A stretch of 63,310 nt of DNA, filler included, from Folioceros fuciformis (Eukaryota), in the NCBI GenBank assembly GCA_049999805.1. It is 22 parts of 22 records of this genome, joined end to end, with 100 filler letters (N's around TTAATTAATTAA, not from the genome) between each part and the next. Parts side by side here need not be neighbours in the genome. Positions count along the whole stretch, not along the records: positions 21,151 to 26,526 come from JBNGIO010002812.1; positions 26,627 to 28,516 come from JBNGIO010002813.1; positions 28,617 to 32,216 come from JBNGIO010002814.1; positions 32,317 to 33,560 come from JBNGIO010002815.1; positions 33,661 to 37,070 come from JBNGIO010002816.1; 17 more parts are not named here. The stretch is one strand, 5' to 3'. Position numbers and translations under genes: made by a program. Under the pieces are notes generated by a model. It searched no databases. It was not told the DNA's origin and saw nothing but the letters and a program-made list of their open reading frames with translations. Shown in pieces: positions 23,472 through 36,655 of this stretch (positions within the stretch are counted from its first letter, which is position 1; each line of letters opens with the position of its first letter).

Positions 23472-25366
23472 ACCTATTACCATGCAGTGTAAGCATTGCA
23501 TTTGGATTAGTCATAAAACCATGACTACATGCCTTAACGAATAGAATTCTTGATTACAATTGATATGACTGACCACAAGGGGTGTTGCAGAGCTGGATAT
23601 GGATATGGAGGAGTCATTATTGTGGTCAGTATTAGCTCTATTCCTATGGTTAAGACATGCTTTTCATTCTTTTAGTCACCTATCTTCATTTTATAGATGA
23701 TAATCAAATTTTTGTATTTTTATATAAGTTAAAAGTTATTAATATTAAATTATAAGTTTTATTAGTTTAGTAAATCTCATACCACTGTGCTCTCCATTGA
23801 TAAGCATTTATGTGATGAGAATGTAATATTATCAAAAAATAATTTTCTTCTCAACTAAGATTGGTCATTCTTAATCCCTCCCTTGAGCTTAGAAGTAGCA
23901 TTTGGCAACTTGTCTGCTTGTGGGATTAGATGTCTTGTTGCTGCTCTCAACTCCTTATGTTTATAAAGTTACTTAAAAATAATAAGCAATTTTCATTTTG
24001 AAATATTTCATACTAACTCCTTGACTTGTGAGCGTAAATGTTTTGTTCCCAATCCCAATAATAATGCATATGTTAAACCATGCGTCGAAATGTAGTAAAG
24101 AAAGTAAGCCAAAATGACGATTAAAAGGAAAGTGATGACACCTCAACATAAGAGCATTAGAAACTCATGGTGATTAGTCTGCAAGATAACTTGAAAACAT
24201 GACCTAATTTGCATTGAGTACATCGTACTTGAGAACTTAGTCATTGGTTTGCAATACTCCTTGAAGTAATTCGACGGATCAAAAAAGCCTAGCCTTTGTT
24301 GCTTGTTACCAATATGATAAGATTGAAGCCTCCTGTAGGTCCTTGTCAGATCAAGCACGATCCTTGGTGGTCAACAGTAAATTCAAAGCTTCCTTATGCC
24401 CATCTAGTTCTAACAAAGCCTAGCCAGCCCTTGAAATACATGCTCTTGAGGTGTAGGTTATCTAACCCAAAGGCACGCTCTGAGTCTACCAATGCTTTCT
24501 CATACTTCTACAGCACAAGCCATACCTCAGCCCTATTTAAAAACCTAGAAGAACCTCATTGTTCATCCTCAAAAACTCATTGGAGGAAGCCACTTCCATA
24601 GCTTCTTCATCTTGATGGCTGCTGAAGGCAGCTGTGGTACTTCTCGAAGGTATAGTGGAGGCATGATCCTTGCCCGACTCTCCTTTGGAAGGGGAGGCAT
24701 GCAACAAAGAAGTTAGGAAGTTTTTGTTTTTGGTTTGGCTGTTTTTCCCATTAGATGGAGAAGAGATCAAATTCTTGTGCTCTTTGATTGCTTGCTGAGT
24801 ACTCTAGGTGTAGAAGGTGACCAACTTCTTCCACTCACCCTATCTGAGCAATCCGCCTAGGGAAAAGTGGTAGCTCATGACTGCAAACCCGCTTAGCGGT
24901 GCTGGTACTATGATGTTGTCGGGTCAATGTGACTTGATTGTTATTTATTCGACTTATAGATTGGAAAATTCTTTTATAGAGGAACCCAAGAAGTGAGACT
25001 AAGGCCTCAATGATATCGTAGGTCTTAGAGACCTGGTAGTTTCCCCTAACTACACATAGCCCAACATTTCACACTCCAAATCACCATAGCGCCAAGTAAA
25101 GCTCGAGCGTCATATAAATGATGACCAAGGAACGCTCTGACTAGGGGTTAACACAAAACTAGTACATGAAAATCTGCAAACACTTTACAATTCAGCTGGC
25201 ACATAATGGAATCCTCATGGCCGGGAAGCATCGAGTGAAGAGAGCTTGGCATTGTTGGATGGGGCCTAAGGGTCGGTATACAGCGTGAAGGTCCAGACGT
25301 TGGTGGTGACGGTGGCGTCGGTGTCATCTACGTAGGAGCGGATGAAACGCTGGGTAGCCACTCCCC

Positions 25367-26526
25367 TGACAAACCTGAAGGGTCCGATGCCGACCACAAT
25401 CGACATCTCCCTGCACATACGCAACGCAACGAGTGATTCCAAGTTGAATTTGATAGTTGAAGCGCAGTTGAAGAGCAGCACGATAGAGTAGCATAGTTAG
25501 TTAAGTATAAACGGTACGAGATTTGAAGCGTTAAGTCGTTACCTATCTGCCGACCTAACCACCACGAGGTCAACAGGCACCAAGGACGTGTCTGTCAGAG
25601 TCTGCATACACAAGAGACTGCTGGCAGAGCGCTAATGTACAATCGATTCTAATCTGATGCGATTCCCTACTATTTGTCTTGGTATCAGAGCAGCACGTGC
25701 AGATGCTGAAGCGCACGGGATCAGGGCGCTAATGGAGGCGGAGATGCGACAGCAATCGGGTGTTTTTCTTGCTCTTGCGGGAGTTGGTTTGAATGGAGCC
25801 CTACATCGATTGTCTGAGTCACAATCTACAATTCAGACGAAGAGAGCCCAGAAGGAACCAATCCAGTCGCAACCTGCAGACCATCAACTTCGGTGTCACC
25901 AATCAAAACAGGGAGGTTGCACATTTTGAGGGTTCAGGTGCGACAAGCAAGAAATATACCCAACTGCCATCTCTTTCTCCGCGTCCAGTCTTGTGCCAGC
26001 ATTGCAGAGTCTGTGGGCATTCACCACCTGTTCAGGTCAGGCACGGCAGACGTCATTCAAGATCTTTTGTCCAAAATCAACACAAGGGTCCACAATACTC
26101 AAAAGAGCACAAAGCGAAACACAAGAGAGAAAATATTGTTGTGAGCAAACTTCAGGTGTTAATTCACTCTGTGTCTAAGATTGCAGCACAGCTGATGAGT
26201 TTAGATACTCACCTTCAAGCACTCGATACAAAGTTCCTCTTGATCCTTAAATCACACCTACTTGCAAACAAATTAGCATTGTCAGCACTTTCTGTCCCAC
26301 CTATAGGTCAGATTTATCAGCAACCCACAAAATGTCTGGAGTGCATTGTTCACCGACACGGGCAGCAGACCAAAACAGCTAAGATGGCAGAACAAGTGAA
26401 ATTGGAAATGCTAACAATGTTGGGCACATGAGTTAATGTGGTCACCCAATTTTACCTCCTTCCTTGGGAGTCCCAGGCTTGAAATTCCAGTGAGACTGGA
26501 TGTCGAAGAGACAATTGCAGCCTTAA
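25367..26526 (+). mobile_element. 5' end of an LTR element (probably Copia): LTR (~25367-25679), PBS 25680-25691 and extra ORF
   Basis: TGACAAA...TTTGTC(T) imperfect termini, then TGGTATCAGAGC. The following ORF resembles the 19261 ORF. LTR start is uncertain. Confidence 0.6.
25793..26431 (+). CDS. Extra 212-aa ORF after the PBS, a distant homologue of the 19261/53893 ORF
   Basis: LDTHLQALDTKFLLILKSHLLANKLAL..YQQ..CLECIV aligns with LKERIGHLDFKLLTLLKPVLLTNPAL..YKQ..CPSCSV. Confidence 0.65.
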   Translation: MEPYIDCLSHNLQFRRREPRRNQSSRNLQTINFGVTNQNREVAHFEGSGATSKKYTQLPSLSPRPVLCQHCRVCGHSPPVQVRHGRRHSRSFVQNQHKGPQYSKEHKAKHKRENIVVSKLQVLIHSVSKIAAQLMSLDTHLQALDTKFLLILKSHLLANKLALSALSVPPIGQIYQQPTKCLECIVHRHGQQTKTAKMAEQVKLEMLTMLGT

Positions 26527-26626
26527 NNNNNNNNNNNNNNNNNNNNNNNNNNNNNNNNNNNNNNNNNNNNTTAATTAATTAANNNNNNNNNNNNNNNNNN
26601 NNNNNNNNNNNNNNNNNNNNNNNNNN

Positions 26627-27652
26627 TACCTAGCAGTCTATGTGGACGATTTGATACTATCCAGTAACAGCCAGGCATTCATAACAAGTATAACTGATGT
26701 ATTGGCCACCAAATTCAAGATGTCCTGTTTAGGCCCCCTACAGAGTTGCCTAGGGATACACATCCAACGGAACAGGAAGACTCGGGTCATGACTCTGACT
26801 CAACCACGTTACCTCTTGGATTGTGTCGAGTAGCTTGGCCTCAAGGATGCTAAGCCTGCATCAACGCCCATGGCAGCGGGTCAGAAACTAAGCAAGACCA
26901 TGTCACCTGTAACTAGAGACGAAAAGGCACAAGTGAAAAACATACCCTATAGACAGGGTGTTGGCAAGTTGATATATGCCAGTAATACAACAAGACCAGG
27001 GATTGCTTACACTACGAGTGTATTGTCACAGTTTCTGGAAAATCCAGGTGTGGAGTACTGGACAAGTCTTAAGCGTGCATTCAAATACCTGAAAGGTACA
27101 TCTAGGCTAGGGATTACGTATAAGCATAAAAAAGGACAGCCCTTGGACCTTGAAGTCTTTACAGACTCGGACTATGCCGGTGATATCGACAACAGAAAGT
27201 CGGTTTTAGGATATGTGATTTCCATAGCAGCAGGTCCAGTGTGTTGGTCAAGCAAAAAGCAACCAACAGTTGCTTTGTCTTCAACGGAAGTAGAATATCG
27301 GGTCCTGACCGCGGCTGCAAAGGAAATCGTTTGGTGTCAGTTGCTATTTAAGGAGCTAGGTATTCAAATACCAACGTGCATCACTATACATATTGACAAT
27401 CAGGGCTCAATGGCCTTGGCAAGAAATCCAGTTCTTCATTCGAGAACGAAGCATGTAGAGGTAGAATACCACTACATACGAGGGCTCGTGAATGAAGGCA
27501 AAATAGATTTACAATAAGTCCCGACGCAGGATAATCCAGCAGACATATTGACGAAAGCCTTAAGCAGAGAATTACACTTTAAGCACATGCAACGTTTGGG
27601 CATAGGAGATGTAGAAGCACACCATCTACTTCTAAAAGCCCGAGGAGACTGA
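26627..27652 (+). mobile_element. Ty1/Copia RT C-terminus and RNase H
   Basis: AVYVDDL, FTDSDYAGD, VALSSTE.EY and HSRTKHVEV motifs; two in-frame stops; ends TGA at 27650-27652. Confidence 0.95.
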
Positions 27653-28400
27653 GTTATCAGAATCAGATATCATGTCTAACACTATCTCAGTTCCAGCCTC
27701 AACAGTGTCAAAGGTAGACTCATCTCTAGTCTTGAAGGAGGCATCGGGCGCCCAGTCTTTGCAAGGCTTCAGGCGGCACAATTCTTTATACTTGGCTTCA
27801 TCACCAGTCGCTCTCGCTTCTTCCAACATCTTCCACTCCTCCCTAATACGCCTAGTGGACTCTGTCCACAGCAAGTGGGAGCAGTCAGTAAAACCACAAG
27901 CAACTTGAAGACAGCAACTTCAGCAGTAGTGAAAAGCAGTGAACGGGGTTTGTAATCTTAATGTACAGACTAACAACATGCCCAGGAAAGCATCTGCAGC
28001 GGAGGACTTTCACTCTCTTCATCGTCAGTTCCTCCGAGTCAACCCAAGCTTTGTACCAGATCGGAGAGCAAGGGAACTCCAGGGTGCCATAGGTCACAAC
28101 CTTCGTCTCTTCACCACGACACTTGGGCTTTGGCAGGCGTACCGGGATGCGGCTCTTGGAGCCGTCACTGTAGTATGCCACATCCAAGTTGAGCACTCTG
28201 GTAAAGGGCAAAACCACGAACTCTTCTTCTTCTACAGGCGGAGGGGGTGGTGATGGCTGTCGCTGAGGCGCAGAGGGACCAACCATGTTGGAAACAGTCT
28301 GCACCACACCGCGTTTGTTGTGCTCCAGAAACTCCTTCGTAGTTCCCAGCGGCCGTCCAGGTTTCCAATCCGCCGTTGTACGAGTTCGCAAAGGAACCTA
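27632..28400 (-). CDS. Antisense accessory gene of a Copia element; exons ~28397-27962 and 27861-27632 (donor mutated to TT)
   Basis: Homologous to 57971-58728. Removing 27961-27862 (branch TACTGAC, acceptor ACAG) fuses the two ORFs in frame. Confidence 0.75.
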
Positions 28401-28616
28401 GTGATCAAGAACAAGAAACAGGTTGAAGCAGCGCACCTCAGCTCAGGAGCTTTCATATAGGTGTCTGTACCAGGCGGTGGCATCTTCACTGGCGATGCTC
28501 ACAGCTGGAACGTAATNNNNNNNNNNNNNNNNNNNNNNNNNNNNNNNNNNNNNNNNNNNNTTAATTAATTAANNNNNNNNNNNNNNNNNNNNNNNNNNNN
28601 NNNNNNNNNNNNNNNN

Positions 28617-31600
28617 CTTACTGAATGAAGAGGCAACTCACATTCGAGGCCGAGGCTCCTCCTCTAACAATGCTGCAAGAGCCATGTTTGTATCTCGAGG
28701 TCAAGGACGACGTACCACTAGTGGCCCTCGTCCACCTTACAAGCCGACTGGTTCTCGCCCAACATGGCCAGCTTCGAAGTCTAACACTTCAAAGAGAGGC
28801 CCCTGCACCTGGTGTAGAATTCCTGGCCATACAGAAGCTGAATGCCGTAAGAAACAAAACGGCGAACCTAAAAGAGAGGCTCCACCTTCAGCTCATGTAT
28901 CCTCAAAGAAAAGTTCGGGTGCCATGCTTAAATTATGCATGGTTTCCTCGTCCCAAGATAGACATGCTTGGTATCTAGACTCAGGTGCCACAACACATGT
29001 CTGTAATACACGTACAGCATTTACCACGTTGATACCTTCTCCTAAGGGACAGTTTGTCCTTATAGGTGATGACAGTGGTCTATGCATTGAGGGCATGGGT
29101 ACAGTGGTCCTCCATCCTACACATGGTCAACAAATTACGTTGTCAAATGTTATCTATGTGCCACAGATGGCAAAGAACTTGGTGTCTCTTAGGCGTCTGT
29201 CTCCTCCGTTGCTCAGACTAGAGATGACCACAAAGGGCCTTGCTCTAAGAGAAGCTGCTGCACCAAACAAGTTTGCTGGCTACCTGTACTCTCAACAACG
29301 ATCTATATCAGTTTGACTTGAAGAGTAATCCGATGCAGCACCTGAAGGCTTCAACAGTTAATGCAGCAGTGGCTTCCCCGCCTAATGAAACACAGCTATG
29401 GCACTATTGACTGGGCCATGTACATCTACAACGGCTTCAGTCCCTGCCTGCTTCATCCTTGTATCGGACTCCTTTGAAGTTTAAATCCGACAAGTCACTC
29501 TTCTGCGAGGCCTGCATACAAGGGAAGCACCATAAAGCTCCACATCCAAGTCAAGATGCTACCAGGGCTACTCACCTTCTACAAACTGTGCACACTGACC
29601 TCTGTGGTCCTATGTCTACACGTTCACTTGGTGGAGCCCTGTACTTTATGCACCTTATAGATGACTGGAGTCGTTTCACCGTCACTTACTTCTTAAAGCA
29701 TAAAAATGAAGCATTTTCTTGCTTCCTTCTATACCAGGCGTATGCTCAACGTTTCATAGGTCAGAAACTCAAGTGCCTCCGAAGTGACAACGGTGGCGAA
29801 TTTACCTCTGGTGAATTCATGGAGTTCTGCTCACGGGAGGGAATTTTACGGCAACTGACTGTTCCCTACGAACATGAGCAAAACCCCTTACCTGAAAATA
29901 TGAACAAAGTCACTCAGGCTGCAGCAAAGTCCATGCTTCATCTTGCGAAGCTTCCTCGCAGCTTTTGGGCCGAAGTAGTCGCAACAGCTGTTTATATACA
30001 GAACAGGCTGCCTACTCGCGCCTTCAGTGATGCCACTCCTTTTGAAAGATGGACTGGTGTCAAGCCTCGTGTGGACCATCTTCGGATATGGGGCTGCCCT
30101 GCGTATGCACATACACCCGATGAGATCCGACGTAAAATGGACTTTAAGGCTACCAAACATCTCTTCATTGGTTACACGGATGGTATCAAGGGCTACAAGC
30201 TCTATGATCCATCTCGGAAACGGTTCTTACATGCAAGAAACGTCATCTTTGACGAGCAGTTTCTACTGCAAGCTTCAGGAAAGGACAGAGACGTACCTGG
30301 TCTACAACGCCTTACGTCCTCTGAACAAGATGCAACTGAACTGCGGTCAACTGAACATGATGTGCCTCTTGTTACCTCTCAGTCTGTGCCAGTAGCTTCA
30401 GTAGTTCCAGTTCAACCAGCAGATGCTTTCCCAGACGATGAACCTGACCTCACTGCAGATGACTCTCACTCTAACACTAGTCAACACTCCGAGAATGAGC
30501 AGCAGGAGGATTATGATGACATGGACGATGACACTCCACCATCTCCTCCTGTAGCTGAGGAAGAGGTCGAGGAGCATGATGAGGCACCAACATATGAGCC
30601 CCCAGCTCCTAGAAGATCGTCTAGAACACATACAACTGATCCAAGTCAGTGGACTAACAAGCCATTAAGCTACGAACTGGACGAGGCCTACAGGCAGCAA
30701 ACTTCTAATCTCACTACCAGTGACAACACATCAAAGAAGAATGCCTCACCTCATGCCTATGTTGCTCAGGCCCTGCTTGCAGCACAGGATCTTGGAGAGC
30801 CAGCCACACTAAAGGAAGCACTTTCCTCCCCTGAAGGCCAAAGCTGGAAAGCAGGCGTAGACTCAGAGTATCAGTCCCTCATCGACAATCAGACTTGGGA
30901 GCTGGTAGACCTGCCTCCAGGACGCAAGGCACTCACAGGCAAGTGGGTGTTCAAGAAAAAGTTGAACCCAGATGGAACAGTGGCCAGATATAAGGCAAGA
31001 TACGTTGTGCATGGATACAAGCAAGTCGAAGGACTTGACTTTCACGAAACCTTCTCACCTGTTGTAAGGACGTCTTCTGTAAGGATGCTCTTTGCACTCG
31101 CTGCAGAATGTAAGCTTGACATTCATCAGATGGATGTCAAAACCGCTTTCCTCCATGGCACCATAGATGAAGAGATGTATATCACACAGCCAGAAGGATA
31201 TGTTAGTAAGAAAGAACCTCATAAAGTATGCAGGTTAAAGAAGAGCCTGTATGGCCTGAAACAGGCACCAAGAGTATGGTATAAGAAGATACACGCCTAC
31301 CTGATCCAGTCAGGATTCAGTCAGAGTGATGCAGACACAAATGTGTACATCCTTATAGAAGGGCAGACATTTGCCATTCTAGCACTATATGTTGATGATG
31401 CATTGATATTTGCTAACTCCCCTGACATAATGAAGAAGGTTAAGTCTATTCTTACTTCTGAATTCTCTATGACGGACTTGGGTCCGCTCACCTTCTTTCT
31501 AGGCATACATATATTCATTAGTCCAGATAAGGGAAGTATACTCTGTCACCAGGCTCATTATATAAGGCAAATGCTAGAGAGGTTCATGATGGTAGACTGT

Positions 31601-32216
31601 AAGCCCGCCATCACTCCCATGGCTGTGGGAGAGAAATTCTCTACAGAACAAAGTCCAAAGACGGATGCTGAAAAGCAAGAGATGGAAAAGAAGCCTTACA
31701 GCATGTTAATTGGATGTCTAATATGGATTAGCAGATGGACTAGACCTGATGTGTCCCCTGCTACTCGCATCTTCTCGCGGTTCCTGGCAAATCCTAGCAA
31801 TGCACACTGGACAAGAGTTAAGAGGGTGCTGCGTTACCTCAAGGGCACACAATATCTCAGCATCAGATACAAATCGCAAGGGAAGTTCCCGCTACTTATC
31901 TGTTATTCTGACTCCGACTGGGCCAGTGACGAGGACTCCAGGTAGTCGATTACTGCAAACTGCACCATTATGTCTGGAGGAGCAGTCAGCTGGACATCTA
32001 AGAAGCAGACAGTGGTGGCCCTCTCCAGCACTGAGGCTGAATACACAGCCGCAACCTCAGCTACTCAGGAAACAGTCTACAACAGGCGCTTTATGGCCTC
32101 TGTAGGGTTTCCACAACCTGGAGCCACAACCATCTACTGTGACAATCAATCGGCCATCGCCCTATCCAAAAATCCAGTTCACCACTCCAGAACAAGACAT
32201 ATTGCAGTGAAGCAGC
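28617..32216 (+). mobile_element. Ty1/Copia gag-pol, nearly complete (zinc knuckle, protease, integrase, RT, RNase H)
   Basis: CTWCRIPGHTEAEC, WYLDSGAT, HTDLCGP, LRSDNGGEF, QMDVKTAFLHG, LYVDD, YSDSDWA and SSTEAEY motifs. Confidence 0.97.
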
Positions 32217-32419
32217 NNNNNNNNNNNNNNNNNNNNNNNNNNNNNNNNNNNNNNNNNNNNTTAATTAATTAANNNNNNNNNNNNNNNNNNNNNNNNNNNN
32301 NNNNNNNNNNNNNNNNCTAAGGCACCGCTAAGAGACCACATCGAGGCAGCCCCAGCAAGTCGCTCAGCATTTGACGTACTTAAGCCTCGGGTTTGGGGTT
32401 TGAGGGTGTGGAAGTCAAA

Positions 32420-32742
32420 CTTCAGGAGGACATAACGGCCGCAATTCCGCTTGTCTGCCTTAGATGTACATACTAACAGATTTGTCTTGAAGAGGCAAAC
32501 ATTTTGGTATGTTTTGCGCTTACTTTTGAGCTGATTCCAGAGACTGATCTTAGATTTTCAGTGTGGATCAGATCACTGCAAGAGGAGAACATAACGGCCG
32601 CAATTCTGCTTGGCTCCCTTTGATCTACAAACCAACAGATTTGTCTTGTAGAGGCAAACATTTTGGTATGCTTTGTGCTCACTTTTAAGCTGATTTCAGG
32701 GACTGATCTTAGATTTTCATTGCGGATCAGATCACTGCAGGA
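32420..32742. repeat. ~160-bp direct duplication
   Basis: AACAGATTTGTCTTG.AGAGGCAAACATTTTGGTATG...GGATCAGATCACTGCA occurs twice (32475 and 32634). Confidence 0.8.
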
Positions 32743-33660
32743 AGAGGGACATGGCTGATCATGGATGCTTTGGGGAGGGGTAGATTTCTTGTTCCCTCAG
32801 TATTCCAAGAAAGTTGTGTTCCTTTGCTTTCTAATCACAGTTACCCAGCAAGCCTAGGGAATTGAGATTTTCCACGGGTAGGATTTTCCCAAACTAGGAT
32901 TATCTGGATAGGGAGTAGCTGAGCTTTGCTCACACTCATTCAGACTGTGGGGGGCAGCTGTAAGCTACGACCAGACGCGGCATGAAGGGAGGCCACCATC
33001 CGATATTTGGGAGGAGCTAACCCTCATTTCTTGGTGACATTTGTCGAGAGGCATGCGTGGTTTGTTGGAACCACATGTTTAGGGGCTCGTGTTGCCTTTG
33101 AGAACAGGGGTTTGATTTGGAGGCCAGCAACAGCCAGTAGAAGCCTGAAGGTACTGTGGGTACAGCTGAAGCAGTGTATGGCGTCCCAGCGAGAGTCACT
33201 TCCCTAGGCCCGGTGTTCTCAATTGCAGCACAGCACCTCACTGTTTTTGCCAAACACCAGCTGTAGGTGTAACAGGGGTGCATGGGGTATGCAACCAGAT
33301 CAGCAAGAGGCCAGCCTACGTTATCGATTGAGGAGTTGAGACATTCCTATCAGGGCATCACCGGAGCGTGCACAACGGAGGAGAAGATGGGCAGCTCGAC
33401 GACGCCAACTTGCAAGTGAAGAAGACTTGAGAGAGGACTTGGAACCAGCAACATCCGTTGGGCAACCCAGCTGGTCACCCCTCTTAGACTTGGGCAAGAT
33501 TGTTGTGCTAACGAGCTCAAATTTAGGGGGTCAGCTAGTTTGTGACGAGGAACCTGAACANNNNNNNNNNNNNNNNNNNNNNNNNNNNNNNNNNNNNNNN
33601 NNNNTTAATTAATTAANNNNNNNNNNNNNNNNNNNNNNNNNNNNNNNNNNNNNNNNNNNN

Positions 33661-33891
33661 CGGCTTCGCGTGACGGAATCGATACGGGTGTTAAGTTTAA
33701 GGGGGGGTGTTACGAATAGGCTTATCTCTGGTTAAACCTAAACACGTGGTTCTTTTATGTTTTGGGTTTATATAGATTAGGTCTGTGAACACGAACAGTC
33801 ATGTGCGTAGTATATAAACACTTTTGTATTGCATTCATTTTAATCCAACTACAAGAGTTCATGCACTCTCGCTCCTACTCGATATTTTATA
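33661..33891 (+). mobile_element. PPT plus a short (~184-bp) 3' LTR inserted in a Copia RT
   Basis: AAGGGGGGG|TGTTACG at 33699-33714. AT-rich LTR with TATATAAA that interrupts the minus-strand RT. Confidence 0.7.
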
Positions 33892-36655
33892 GAGTCTGAC
33901 TCTGTGTGAGCTTTACACCGGTAGCAAGCGGGGTAGCTGACCCATTCGCATTTTCCAGGTTGAATTTCTTTAAGCTGTCTCGTACATACTTGTGTTGGCA
34001 AATGGTGAACTTCCTAATACTTCTCTCTTTGCTTATCTCAATCCCTAGACACCAAGTGAGCTCTCCTAGCTCAGACATCTCGAATTCTTTCCTGAGGAGT
34101 ACTTTGACCTTTTGAAACAGGCTACACCTACCCTTGGTTGCAGCCAAAACCAAGTCGTCAACGTATAGCAGCAGGATAAAAAATGCTTCTCCTTCACTCA
34201 TGACATACAGACCAGGGTCTGTAGTACCCTGCTTGAAGCCCAGCTTTTCAGGTAAGCGTCTATACGCTGGTTCCAAGCCCATGGGCTTTGCTTTAGCCCG
34301 TACAGGGTTTTTACCAACTTGCATACTAAGTGCTCCGTTCTAGGTTTGATGTATCCCTCCGGCTGCTCCATATACAACTCTTCTTCAAGTTTGCCGTGCA
34401 GGAAGGCCGTTTTCACGTCCATCTGCTCCAAATCAAGGTCCAGGTGTGCTGCTAGTGCCAGCACCATCCTCAAAGTTGTAAACTTTACAACTGGACCAAA
34501 GGTATCATTAAAATCCACTCCTGGAATCTGAGAGAATCCTCGGGCAACCAGCTGTACCTTATACCTTTCTATGCTACCGTCAGCTTTCATTTTTCTCTTG
34601 AAGACCCACTTGCACGAAATCGGCTTTTGTCCTTTCAGTAACTCAACCAGCACCCAAGTTCCATTCTGAATTATTGATGCATATTCATCGTTGACAGCTC
34701 TCTTCCACTGTTTGGCTTCTGGCCCTGAGTACGCTTGTGTCAGTGATACAGGTTCAGTCGAGTCTGTTGTGGCTGTCAGTAACGCTTGGACAAAGGCATT
34801 CGAGGGCTGGGAATCTTGCAGAGTTTTTGCATTGTCACTTGACTGTTCATATGCTAATTGTACACCCATTGAGAACTGCTCAGAGGTAACTGAAATGTCT
34901 GCAACTCTAGCCCTTGACCCTTTCACTTTTGCTTTAGACTTGTTCGTACGCCAGTCCTCCATCTCCAACGGGGGTTCCTTCCAGGGAATGTTCCGACTTC
35001 TGAGATTGTAACCACTTCTTGGTTTAACTGCAGGAGCTTCCTCCACTCTGGGTATTTCACCATCAAGCATATCCTCATCTGCCTGTTGAGCCAAGCCAGA
35101 GTTGTCCACAGTGTTGCTGTCAACATTAGCCTCTTCATCTTCAAGTGCAAGAGTTCCTTCAGCCTGCTCGAAGTAGGATACTTCTGAATCTGCTGTTTCA
35201 GCATAACCTCCTGCAGGAGACCACTCGTGGGCATCTTCATCCTCGAAGTCGAGCTGATCACCTACCCCATCATCAAAACCTGCACTGGAATCAGGTAATG
35301 CAGTGCCCGGTGGTTTCAGCAGACCTCTCTCATCAAAAACTACGCTCCTTGCATGCCTAACAGCCCGAGACATAGGGTCATACAACTTATATGCTTTTAT
35401 ACCATCTGTATAGCCAATGAAGACTAACTTCTGGGCCCTATCTTGCAGCTTAGTTTTCCTCTTCGGTTTGGGAACAAACGCGTACGCTGGTGAACCAAAA
35501 ATGCACAGACGCTGAACAGCTGGCTTCCGTCCCCACCAGGCCTCAAACGGTGTAGTACCAGGTAGCACTCTCGTGGGCAGTCTAATCACCAAGTAGTTTG
35601 CAGTATTTATGGCCAGAGGCCTAGTAACTTCGAGGCAAACGTGCTTGCTTAAGCAGAGCCCTAGCTGTCTCCTGCAGAAGCTGGTTCTTCTTCTCAGCAA
35701 CCCCATTGAGTTGTGCAGTGTATGGTACAGTCAGCTGTCGTTGGATGCCAAGACCCCGACAATAAGCTTGAAATTCTCCAGAGGTATATTCCCCACCATT
35801 GTCGGATCGAAGGCATCGTAAGCTACGGCCATGATGACGCTCTCCCAGCAACAAATAATCCTTGAAGTGCTGCAAAGTCTCACTTTTGTGTTTGAGAATG
35901 TACAGCATACAATAACGAGTGCAGTCATCGATAAAGGTTAAGAAGAAGGAGCCTCCACCAATAGACGCTACCGAGATGGGACCACAGATGTCCGAATGAA
36001 CTAGGTCCAACGGGGCAGTAGCCCGATGTGCTCTTGACTTGTCAAACGGTAACTCATGGTGCTTTCCATATATGCATGCTTCGCACAGAGACATATCCCC
36101 CACTTGATCTGGATTCCCATCTGAATACAATGTGCTTTTTGACATGGCCAGAAGCTTGCCACCATGAGGATGTCCACAACGTAAGTGCCAGACAGTCGCA
36201 ACTTCCTCCGGAGACAAGTTACCCCCAATGCCAGCAACATGCAGCTCAGGTAACTTGCTGCCTGCTATGCTTAGCTGATAAATGTCATTAACAGGGTACC
36301 CTTCTGCAACAGCTACACGCGGATCCGTACTTTGGACTATCATGCCCTTATCCTCTCTAAACAAAACTTGCATTGGCTGATCTGAAGTTAGTTTACGTAC
36401 TGACAGCAGATTTTTCATGACTGCAGGTACATACAGAACATCATCCAGCTCCAAGCTTCGGCCATGATGCAGCTATAACCTGACTTTGCCAGTTCCAATG
36501 ATAGGTAATGTGCTTTCATCTCCCAACATCACTGAATATGCTTCACTGTACGGTGCATACTCACTAAAGCAAGCCTTATTGTGGCATATGTGCGCAGAGG
36601 CACCAGAATCAACGAACCAGTATGAGGTTCGAGAGCAAGAAGTGGTAAGGCACAC
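33892..36655 (-). mobile_element. Ty1/Copia pol (protease, integrase, RT) with frameshifts
   Basis: WFVDSGASAH, HSDICGP, LRSDNGGEY, QMDVKTAFLHG and LLYVDDL motifs. Confidence 0.95.

Noticed and set aside
28398-28440. Possible additional intron (GTGCGC...CACTAG) in the antisense gene
   Set aside because: Only ~41 nt long, and its phase does not join the upstream open frame, so it cannot be supported.
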